A stretch of DNA of 54,819 nucleotides from the NCBI GenBank assembly GCA_031372065.1, contig JANMKN010000291.1:1-54819 (forward strand), read 5' to 3'. Made by a program: the position numbers and the translations under genes. The stretch's first letter is position 1; every line of letters starts with the position of its first letter. The notes under the pieces were generated by a model. It was not told the origin of the DNA. It was given only the letters and a program-made list of their open reading frames with translations, and ran no database searches. Source of the DNA: Abditibacteriaceae bacterium. GTDB lineage: Bacteria; Armatimonadota; Abditibacteriia; Abditibacteriales; Abditibacteriaceae. Below are positions 47,435 through 54,819 of the stretch, one piece after another.

Positions 47435-47995
47435 ATGAACGGCGAATCTTCTGGCACTCTTACACATGACGCGATTCTGGAAGCGTTGGCCGCGTTGTCA
47501 GACGAACTGGAACGGCGCCGCGCCATTGGCGAAATCTGTTTGTTTGGCGGCACGGCAATGGTTTTGGCTTTTCATGTTCGGATTTCCACAAAAGATGCGG
47601 GTGCCATTTTCCAACCGGCACAAGTAATGAGAGATGCTGCACGCATCGTCGGTGAAGAAAAGCAATTACCAAAGGATTGGCTAAACGACGGCGTAAAAGG
47701 TTTCTTATCCGCGCGCCACGAAACGACAACAGGAAATCTTCCGCAGTTTTCGCATTTGCGCCTCACCATGCCTGTTCTCCAGTATTTGCTGGCGATGAAG
47801 TGCATGGCAGCGCGCATTGGTGGCACTATTGGAGCGCATTCAGACGTGCCGGACATTGTTTTTCTGATTCGTCATCTCGAACTAAAAAGCGCCGAAGAAA
47901 CCTTATCTATTGTGGCCGATTATTATCCGGCGCAACACATTCCTGTGAAGACACGTTACCTCGTTGAGGGCATTTTTGAGGAGGAACTTTCATGA
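47435..47995 (+). CDS. Nucleotidyltransferase-fold protein (DUF6036 / AbiEii-like)
   Basis: LFGGTAM..R.STKD; DWLNDGVKGF; YLLAMK..AAR; D..D. Confidence 0.75.
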   Translation: MNGESSGTLTHDAILEALAALSDELERRRAIGEICLFGGTAMVLAFHVRISTKDAGAIFQPAQVMRDAARIVGEEKQLPKDWLNDGVKGFLSARHETTTGNLPQFSHLRLTMPVLQYLLAMKCMAARIGGTIGAHSDVPDIVFLIRHLELKSAEETLSIVADYYPAQHIPVKTRYLVEGIFEEELS

Positions 47996-48372
47996 GGCCA
48001 AAATCGCTTGCTGAAGTCGCCGCGTTGACTCTGCAAAGCCAATCTTTTGACTTGAACCTCGCCAACTTTCTTGATGAATTTTATGCGTCGCCCGGTGCGG
48101 CGGCTTTGGCCGAAACGCCTGCGCTGCTGGCACCGCAGTTTGGCGATTTAGGCCAAGTGCAAGATGCTTATTTAGCTGCCACTGCCGAAGAATTGGCGCG
48201 GCGCTTTGACTTTCAGTTGCCCCAATGGACAGCAAGCGACACACGCCAACTTCGTCGCCCTTGGTTTGCCTCAACGTTGGCTTCGCTGCGTGCGGTGCTG
48301 TTGCAAGAAAGTCCGGCAGCGTTTCGCGCTCGCAACCTCTTTGTTAGCGAAAACGCTTTGATGCGTGTTTAA
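47992..48372 (+). CDS. Small partner protein of the NTase (putative TA component)
   Basis: ATGA overlap with the NTase gene; DAYLAATAE...P.W...PWF...SP.AF.RN.F motif. Confidence 0.7.
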   Translation: MRPKSLAEVAALTLQSQSFDLNLANFLDEFYASPGAAALAETPALLAPQFGDLGQVQDAYLAATAEELARRFDFQLPQWTASDTRQLRRPWFASTLASLRAVLLQESPAAFRARNLFVSENALMRV

Positions 48373-48381
48373 CTGAAAATT

Positions 48382-49767
48382 ATGAACGAATTTGATTTAG
48401 TGGTGATTGGTGCCGGGCCGGGTGGTTACGTGGCGGCGATTCGCGCGGCGCAGCTTGGAATGAGCGTCGCGTGTATCGAAAAAGAAGAGGCTCTGGGCGG
48501 CACTTGCTTGCGCGTCGGATGCATTCCCAGCAAAGCGCTGTTGGAATCGAGCGAGCATTTTTACGCCGCGCAAAGCGAATTGAAAAGTCACGGCGTCAAA
48601 ATTTCGGGGCTTGAACTTGACCTTGCGCAAATGCTCAAGCGCAAAGACGGCGTGGTGCGCGCCCTGACGGGCGGCGTGGCCCAGCTTTTCAAAAAGAACA
48701 ACGTCACGCGCTTTGCCGGTCACGCGGCTCTGGCAGGCGATGGCCGCATCAGCGTGCAAAACAAAGACGGTCTTAGCGTTCTCGAAGCGAAAAACATCCT
48801 TATTGCCACCGGCAGCCAATCGGCGCCGCTCAATGGAGTTGCAGTAGATGGAGACAGTATCGGCACCAGCACCGAAGCGCTCAGTTATCCGAGCGTGCCA
48901 AAACATCTCGTGGTCATCGGTGCGGGCGTGATTGGCCTTGAACTTGGCTCGGTTTGGAAGCGTTTGGGCGCCAAAGTCACGGTTTTGGAATACATGGATC
49001 GCATTCTGCCCGGCATGGACAACGAACTGGCCGCCGAAGCACAGAAAATTCTTGCCAAGCAAGGCCTCGACTTTAAACTCGGCGTAAAAGTAACCGGCGC
49101 ATATGTCGAAGGCGAAAAATGCATTGTGGAAGCCGAAGGTCAAGAACCGCTTTCCTGTGACCGCGTTTTGCTCGCTATCGGGCGCATTCCCAACACGGAT
49201 GGCCTCAACCTCGAAAAAGCGGGCGTGCAAACCGATAAACGCGGACGCATCGAAGTAAACGCACATTTTGCGACGACAGCGCCGAACATTTACGCCATCG
49301 GCGATTGCATCGCCGGGCCGATGCTGGCGCATAAAGCCTCCGAAGAAGGTATCGCCTGCGTCGAATTTCTGGCGACGGGCTACGGTCACGTCAACTACGA
49401 CACGATTCCCGGCGTTGTTTACACGCATCCCGAAATCGCTACCGTTGGCAAAAGCGAAGAGCAACTCAAAGACGCCGGAATCGAATACAAAAAAGGCGTT
49501 TTTCCTTTTATAGCCAATGGCCGCGCGCGAGCCTTGGGCAGCACCGATGGCCGCGTCAAAATCTTGGCCGATGCCCAAACAGACCGCGTTCTCGGCGTGC
49601 ATATTATCGGCGCACGCGCCGGAGATTTAATCGCCGAAGCTGTCGCGGCGATGGAATATGGCGCCAGCAGTGAAGACATCGCGCGCACCTGCCACGCCCA
49701 CCCAACACTGGCCGAAGCCGTCCATGAAGCGGCTTTAGCCGTGGATAATCGCACCATTCATATTTAG
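48382..49767 (+). CDS. lpdA: Dihydrolipoamide dehydrogenase E3
   Basis: GAGPGGY; GGTCLRVGCIPSK; HAHPTLAE. Confidence 0.97.
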   Translation: MNEFDLVVIGAGPGGYVAAIRAAQLGMSVACIEKEEALGGTCLRVGCIPSKALLESSEHFYAAQSELKSHGVKISGLELDLAQMLKRKDGVVRALTGGVAQLFKKNNVTRFAGHAALAGDGRISVQNKDGLSVLEAKNILIATGSQSAPLNGVAVDGDSIGTSTEALSYPSVPKHLVVIGAGVIGLELGSVWKRLGAKVTVLEYMDRILPGMDNELAAEAQKILAKQGLDFKLGVKVTGAYVEGEKCIVEAEGQEPLSCDRVLLAIGRIPNTDGLNLEKAGVQTDKRGRIEVNAHFATTAPNIYAIGDCIAGPMLAHKASEEGIACVEFLATGYGHVNYDTIPGVVYTHPEIATVGKSEEQLKDAGIEYKKGVFPFIANGRARALGSTDGRVKILADAQTDRVLGVHIIGARAGDLIAEAVAAMEYGASSEDIARTCHAHPTLAEAVHEAALAVDNRTIHI

Positions 49768-49888
49768 CCGCAAGGCCTCGCCACGCGAAAACAGCACAAA
49801 AACGACGCGATTCTCTTATAAAAATCGCGTCGTTTTTGCGAAACGTAGTCGGGTGCCCGCCGGGCGGGTATCGCAGATTGGCGGCTAA
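49764..49888. repeat. Dispersed TIR-bounded hairpin element, copy 2
   Basis: TTAGCCGC...GCGGCTAA ends; CAAAAACGACGCGATT/AATCGCGTCGTTTTTG stem. Confidence 0.8.
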
Positions 49889-49897
49889 TCTTTACCT

Positions 49898-50617
49898 GTG
49901 CAACTTCTTGATCTTTCCCTGCCCACGCCCGCCGAAAATTTGGCGTTGGATGAAGCGTTGCTTGACGAGCGCGAAACTAATGGAGGCGAAGGCGTTTTGC
50001 GCTTTTGGGAAACGGCGGCGGCGTTTGTGGTTTTGGGTTACGTTTGCAAAATCGCCGATGATGTGAGCGCAGAAGAATGTAAAACGCGCGGTGTGCCGAT
50101 TTTGCGCCGTTCCAGCGGCGGCGGCACGGTTTTGCAGGCGCGCGGCGTGCTGAATTACGCGCTGATTCTGCCCATCGAAAATGGCACACCAAGTGAAAAT
50201 CTCACGACGACAAACGCTTTCGTGATGCAGAAAACGCGCGAGGCGCTGCAACCATTTGTGAGTGAGGAAATTTCGATTCGCGGCATCACCGATTTGTCTA
50301 TTGGCGATCTCAAATTTTGCGGCAATGCGCAACGGCGACGCAGAAATTGGCTGCTATTTCATGGCGCGTTTCTGCTGGATTGCGACATCAATTTAATGAG
50401 TGCCATTTTGAAATTGCCACCGCGCCAACCCGATTATCGCGCGCAACGCACCCACGCCGATTTCGTCGCCAATTTGCATTTGCCCGCGCAAGAAATCAAA
50501 ACCGCGTTGCGGGAGACATGGCACGCAGAAAGCGAATTGTTGGCTTATCCAAAGGATGGTGTGAAAGATTTAGTCGCCCAAAAATATGCGCGAGACGACT
50601 GGAATTTCAAGTTTTGA
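49898..50617 (+). CDS. Lipoate-protein ligase A family protein
   Basis: NLALDEALL; RRSSGGGTV; KFCGNAQ; HG. Confidence 0.9.
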   Translation: MQLLDLSLPTPAENLALDEALLDERETNGGEGVLRFWETAAAFVVLGYVCKIADDVSAEECKTRGVPILRRSSGGGTVLQARGVLNYALILPIENGTPSENLTTTNAFVMQKTREALQPFVSEEISIRGITDLSIGDLKFCGNAQRRRRNWLLFHGAFLLDCDINLMSAILKLPPRQPDYRAQRTHADFVANLHLPAQEIKTALRETWHAESELLAYPKDGVKDLVAQKYARDDWNFKF

Positions 50618-50747
50618 AGCGACGTTTTTCTCTAAAAATGGCTCCTTGCCTTCTGCGCATAGCGCGATTGTATACTGAGATTGCACCGCGCTGTTGACGC
50701 ATTTTCTGGTGCGTATCGTCACTTCGCGAAACTGCGCTGCTCTGCTT

Positions 50748-51635
50748 ATGAAAATGTTTCCTCGCTTGATTGCTTTGTTTTTTTTCGTCGTTGCTTTATT
50801 GCCGACGCACGCCCAACCCGCTGTCACACGCACGGAAGACATTGTTTATGGGCGAAAATTTGGCGTTGCGCTCACTTTAGATGTGCTTCAACCGACCAAG
50901 AACAATGGTTATGGCATCGTTTACATGGTCAGCGGCGGCTGGGTTTCGAATCACGATTGGATTAGCGCCAACGCTTATGCACCCTTTTTGGAGCGTGGTT
51001 ATACCGTTTTTGCGGTCTGCCACGGTTGCCAGCCCAAATTTACTATCCCGGAAATTACGCAGGACATTCATCGTGCCATTCGCTTTGTGCGCCACAATGC
51101 GGCCAAATGGGGCGTAACTCCCGATCATCTCGGCATTAGCGGAGGTAGCGCGGGTGGGCATTTGTCGCTGACGATGGCGACGCAGGGCGGGCCGGGCCAG
51201 ACTGACGCGAAAGACCCAATTGACCGCGAAAGCAGCGCCATTCAAGCTGTGGCTTGTTTTTATCCGCCGACGGATTTTCTCAACTATGGCACGCCCGGCG
51301 AAGATGCCGTCGGCGTGGGAATTTTGAAGAATTATAAAGGCGCTTTCGGCACGCCTGCTGATACGCTTGAAGGACGCCAAAAACAGGGCAAAGAAGTCTC
51401 GCCGATCTATTTCATCACGCCGCAATTGCCGCCAACGCTTATCGTCCACGGTGACGCTGACAAATTGGTGCCGATTCAGCAGTCCGAAAGTTTCGTCCAG
51501 CACGCTGTGGCCGCAGGCGCTACCGCGAAATTAATTATTCATACCGGCGGCGGGCACGGCTGGGGCAACCAAGCCGCCGATATGGTCACGATGGCCGATT
51601 GGTTTGACGAATATCTACGCGGCGTGAAAAAATAA
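50748..51635 (+). CDS. Secreted alpha/beta hydrolase (esterase)
   Basis: Signal peptide; SGGW; GGSAGG; HGDAD; GGHG. Confidence 0.88.
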   Translation: MKMFPRLIALFFFVVALLPTHAQPAVTRTEDIVYGRKFGVALTLDVLQPTKNNGYGIVYMVSGGWVSNHDWISANAYAPFLERGYTVFAVCHGCQPKFTIPEITQDIHRAIRFVRHNAAKWGVTPDHLGISGGSAGGHLSLTMATQGGPGQTDAKDPIDRESSAIQAVACFYPPTDFLNYGTPGEDAVGVGILKNYKGAFGTPADTLEGRQKQGKEVSPIYFITPQLPPTLIVHGDADKLVPIQQSESFVQHAVAAGATAKLIIHTGGGHGWGNQAADMVTMADWFDEYLRGVKK

Positions 51636-51650
51636 GGCCAAAATCAAGGC

Positions 51651-52364
51651 TTACAACGGCATTTCCAACAATTGACGCAGTGATTTAATAATCGTCACGT
51701 TGTCATCGTGCGGCGTATCGCCGGACGGTAAATCGCGCTCGTCGCGCACAATCCAAACGGGATGCAAACCGGCCCCCTGCGCGCCTTGCACATCTTTTTC
51801 GTAATGGTCGCCAACATACAAACATTGGTGCGGCGCCAAAGAAGGCAGCACATTTTGCACATATTCCAAGCCGAAATGAAATAGTTCGACGCCCGGTTTT
51901 TCGAGTCCGGCTTGCGAACTGGACAGCACAAAATGAAAATAGCGCGCTAAATCAAGTTCTTCAAAACGCTGCGGCAATTGATAATCCCAGTTCGACAAAA
52001 CGCCCATCGGCACGCCGCGCGCTTGCAAAGCTTCCAGCACTTCGCGCGTTTCGGGAAAAAGGCGAAACACGATGGCATCGGCCAAAATTTCCAGCAAAAC
52101 CTCTTGCGCTAAATCGTGCCTGCCGCCGTGGTGGTGGACGGCATCGCCCAAAACTTGCGCGCATTCGCAGCGCAGGTTTTCCCACGAAGGCAAATCGCAG
52201 GCGCGCAGCACATTGCTCATGTAATGGCGCATTTCGGTGTGCGCCGCCTGCCGCACAATGCGGTCACACAAAACCACGCCATGCCGCGCGAAACCGCGTT
52301 GCAAGCGTCCGTAAAAGTCGTCCAACTCAACTAAAGTGCCGTAGGCGTCGAAAAGAATAAACAC
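51651..52364 (-). CDS. HAD-family hydrolase
   Basis: FDAYGTL; LSNWD; KP; VGD...D; likely GTG start at 52364. Confidence 0.88.
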   Translation of the reverse strand: MFILFDAYGTLVELDDFYGRLQRGFARHGVVLCDRIVRQAAHTEMRHYMSNVLRACDLPSWENLRCECAQVLGDAVHHHGGRHDLAQEVLLEILADAIVFRLFPETREVLEALQARGVPMGVLSNWDYQLPQRFEELDLARYFHFVLSSSQAGLEKPGVELFHFGLEYVQNVLPSLAPHQCLYVGDHYEKDVQGAQGAGLHPVWIVRDERDLPSGDTPHDDNVTIIKSLRQLLEMPL

Positions 52365-52509
52365 GAGATTGAAATTGCCCGCTGAGTATAAGCAAAATAA
52401 CACGCTCTTGAGGTGTCCCCTGCTTGCAGGACTATTGCTGTTATTGGCGATTCCCATAGCACTAATGCCAAAACCTGCTCGCAAAACCACTCAATATGGC
52501 ACAAAGGGG

Positions 52510-52538
52510 TTTACACGCGGCAGACCTTTTGCTAACAT
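52510..52538 (+). promoter_or_regulatory. sigma70 promoter for tRNA-Lys
   Basis: TTTACA-N17-TAACAT with extended TG. Confidence 0.6.
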
Positions 52539-52571
52539 GGGGTGAGGCGCTTTTCTTAATGCCCTCTTTCA

Positions 52572-52644
52572 GGGCCGGTAGCTCAGCTGGTAGAGCAGGG
52601 GACTTTTAATCCCAAGGTCACAGGTTCGATTCCTGTCCGGCCCA
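52572..52644 (+). tRNA. tRNA-Lys (anticodon UUU), CCA not encoded
   Basis: GGGCCGG acceptor stem; AGCTCAGCTGGTAGAGC D-arm; CTTTTAA anticodon loop; GGTTCGATTCC T-arm. Confidence 0.97.
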
Positions 52645-52671
52645 TTTAGTTAGCTTTCAGCGATTAGCTTT

Positions 52672-52705
52672 TACAGCCACCATATTTACTTATGGTGGCT
52701 GTTTT
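52672..52705. terminator. Intrinsic terminator after the tRNA
   Basis: ACAGCCACCATA-tttact-TATGGTGGCTGT followed by TTT. Confidence 0.8.
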
Positions 52706-52736
52706 GCATTTCAGTCCCAACGCTAACCGCTCAAAC

Positions 52737-54029
52737 CTATTTCAGCTTCCACAAAGGGCGAAAGCGAAAAAAGACGAGTAAAGTAAACGTCGCGGCAATG
52801 AGGGCACCGCAGCAAATGGCACCGCGCGGGCCGAGAAATGGCAAGCGTGCCAAAGCACCCACAAAAAGCGAACCAATCGGGGCAGTGCCGATTAAGGCCA
52901 ACGAATATAGCGAAAACACGCGGCCTCGCATATCGCCGGGCGACAGCGTTTGCACAAGCGTGTTCGCTGTCATCAAAAACGTCAACAAAAACCATCCGGC
53001 GGCAATCAACCACAGACAGCCAATCCACAAGAGCGGCGCGAAGCTGAAATTTGCGACGCTTAGGCAAAACAAAAAGGCGCCGAGCAAGAGTCGCTTGCCT
53101 TGGTGTCGCATTTTTCCGGCGACGGCCAAAGCCAAGGCCGAACTTAACGCGCCCACGCCGTTGCAACTCATCAGCAGCGTAAAACCTTGCGCGTTGCTGT
53201 GAAACACATCCTTGGCAAAAACCGAAAGCAGCGTGGCGAAACTCATCGCGCACATCGAAACTACAGCCACTAAAACCGTCACCAACCACAAAACTTCGTG
53301 CCCGCGCACGAATTGATAGCCTTGTTTCAAACCTTCCCAGCCCTGCCCTGCCCGTGCGCTACGGCGCGGCGGCAAATTCATGCGAGAAAGGCCAAAGATC
53401 AAGGCCAAAAACGAAAGCGCATTCGCCAAAAAACAGCCCGCCAAACCCAAAGTGTGAATCAAATAACCGCCCAAAGCAGGCCCGGCAACGCGCGCCGAAT
53501 TAAAGGCCGTCGAATTCAAAGCGATAGCATTAGGCAAGTCGTCCGGCGGCACCATTTCGGCGTTGAACGATTGGCGCACCGGCACATCGAAGGTGTTAAT
53601 GATGCCGCCGAGTAAAGACAACAAGGCCACCGCCCACAACTGCAAAAGGCCATAATGCACCAGCGCCGCCCACGCCAGCGCCAAACACGCGGCAATGCTA
53701 TTCAGGAATATCAGAGAACGCTGTTTATCCACGCGGTCGGCAATCATACCCGCCCACAGGGTGAACAACAAAAACGGCGCTGTGCCACAGGCGGCTACCA
53801 ACGCGATAAGAAAAGTGTTGTCGGTTAAGCGGTCACGCACCAGCCAACTTTGCGCTGCCTGTTGCGCCAAGGTGCCAAAAAGCGACACCAAATTTCCGCA
53901 CCAGAACAAGCGGAAATTGTGGTGTCGCAGCGCCGCAAAACGCGGCGGTTGTGACGGAGGATTTGCGGGTTCTGTGGTAGGTTCTTCCCAAATGGAATCA
54001 GGCAGAGGCGCAGACGCGGGGCGGGGCAT
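52737..54029 (-). CDS. MFS transporter (MFS_3 / DUF894-like)
   Basis: FAALRHHNFRLFW.G; AGMIADRVDK; LPNAIALNS; RGRVFS. Confidence 0.9.
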   Translation of the reverse strand: MPRPASAPLPDSIWEEPTTEPANPPSQPPRFAALRHHNFRLFWCGNLVSLFGTLAQQAAQSWLVRDRLTDNTFLIALVAACGTAPFLLFTLWAGMIADRVDKQRSLIFLNSIAACLALAWAALVHYGLLQLWAVALLSLLGGIINTFDVPVRQSFNAEMVPPDDLPNAIALNSTAFNSARVAGPALGGYLIHTLGLAGCFLANALSFLALIFGLSRMNLPPRRSARAGQGWEGLKQGYQFVRGHEVLWLVTVLVAVVSMCAMSFATLLSVFAKDVFHSNAQGFTLLMSCNGVGALSSALALAVAGKMRHQGKRLLLGAFLFCLSVANFSFAPLLWIGCLWLIAAGWFLLTFLMTANTLVQTLSPGDMRGRVFSLYSLALIGTAPIGSLFVGALARLPFLGPRGAICCGALIAATFTLLVFFRFRPLWKLK

Positions 54030-54050
54030 GAAGCAGACAGTTTACTGTTT

Positions 54051-54527
54051 TCATTCGCGGCGCCGTCTTTTTCCCAAACCCAAAGCCAGCGCCAAAATAA
54101 CGTAGACAAGCAGCAGCGCACGCGGCGAAATTTTGTGTTCAAAACCGGGGGTCAGGCGCTTGGGCACGATGTAAAAATCGGTGACATAAGCCACCGCCGA
54201 GATAACAGCGCCGCCCGCCAACGCGACGGGCACATTACCTTCGTCTTGATAGGCACCAAACAGCATTTCATGCAGCGCGGCCCACGTTGTATTGGCCGAA
54301 TTGTTCAGTAGGAGGCCCGTTACGGTGTATTTGACGGAAAAATCGTCTTGTGCCAGCGCTTCGTCGCCAAAGGTGATGTGACTGATGGCATTAATCGGCT
54401 CGAACGGCTTGCCGTTTTCCACTTGACCGCACAATGCCACCGCCGCACTTGTCACCAGCGTGCAAATCTGGCCCTTGGCCGCACTATCGCGCCCCACTTG
54501 CGGGCCGAGTTTCAATTTCCAGTTCAT
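54051..54527 (-). CDS. Hypothetical membrane protein
   Basis: PINAISHI.FGD and D..VPKRLTPGFE motifs; hydrophobic segments. Confidence 0.7.
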   Translation of the reverse strand: MNWKLKLGPQVGRDSAAKGQICTLVTSAAVALCGQVENGKPFEPINAISHITFGDEALAQDDFSVKYTVTGLLLNNSANTTWAALHEMLFGAYQDEGNVPVALAGGAVISAVAYVTDFYIVPKRLTPGFEHKISPRALLLVYVILALALGLGKRRRRE

Positions 54528-54672
54528 AGGGATGATTATAGGCCAATAGGAGGCCAAGATGTAGAGCTACCAGTAAAGTGCCTCTACATTTTTCCCGTAA
54601 AAACAAAAGAGAGCCGGTGCTTTATGCACCGGCCCGCTAAAATATGAGTTTTGCTCATGGACGAAGGGAAAA

Positions 54673-54819
54673 TCAGGCCATTTCCAAGCCGCGCAGGGAG
54701 CTTTTGCCGGTGGAAAATTCGCCGGTTTCGATGCCCATGCGTTGCAGCATCGAAACGTAAAGGTTGGAGAGCGGGTAGTTGTTTTGGGTGTCGAACGCCA
54801 GATGTTGGCCGTGTTTGAA
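54673..54819 (-). CDS. 3' end of a DUF1552-like protein (truncated by the window edge)
   Basis: [38 protein letters not shown]...LRGLEMA*. Confidence 0.75.
   Translation of the reverse strand, partial: FKHGQHLAFDTQNNYPLSNLYVSMLQRMGIETGEFSTGKSSLRGLEMA

Noticed and set aside
34775..49602. Long antisense ORFs (34775-36088, 46259-47284, 48397-49602, etc.)
   Set aside because: They are shadow frames of well-supported genes caused by codon bias, and carry no recognisable motifs.
52572..52736. Genomic island integrated at tRNA-Lys
   Set aside because: No integrase and no duplicated tRNA 3' end are seen in the window.
1..54819. Reverse transcriptase, DGR, transposase or prophage genes that could explain the arrays
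   Set aside because: No RT, DDE, integrase or phage structural motifs were recognised, so any mobilising enzyme would have to be encoded elsewhere.

Overview
This is a 54.8-kb bacterial chromosomal window of moderately high GC. TonB, an outer-membrane beta-barrel and many Sec/Tat-exported glycan enzymes indicate a diderm. The gene style suggests Abditibacteriota/Armatimonadota, which is my inference. Core genes are def, fmt, serA, sucA-sucB-lpdA plus a lipoate ligase, tRNA-Lys(UUU), a KdpD/KdpE-like pair with a KimA-like K+ transporter, and many carbohydrate enzymes (GH39-, GH116-, GH29-, GH172-like). The most striking unexplained structure is four separate ~250-300 bp arrays of 12-14 degenerate units in strict 21-bp phase (1005-1250, 11006-11299, 32489-32761, 40843-41136), each with its own consensus. 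Two of them form the same apparent module: sigma70-like promoter, array, strong RBS, orphan helical protein (one with a C-terminal FN3-like domain), intrinsic terminator. Other notable items are three tandem orphan SMI1/KNR4 immunity genes with a synonymously diverged duplicate of the upstream gene's 3' end, a palindrome inserted in frame in a large gene, a 149-bp foldback element, a two-copy TIR-bounded repeat, a standalone EVE-like gene, and a nucleotidyltransferase pair inside the suc operon. All product calls come from motif recognition by eye; no database search was run.
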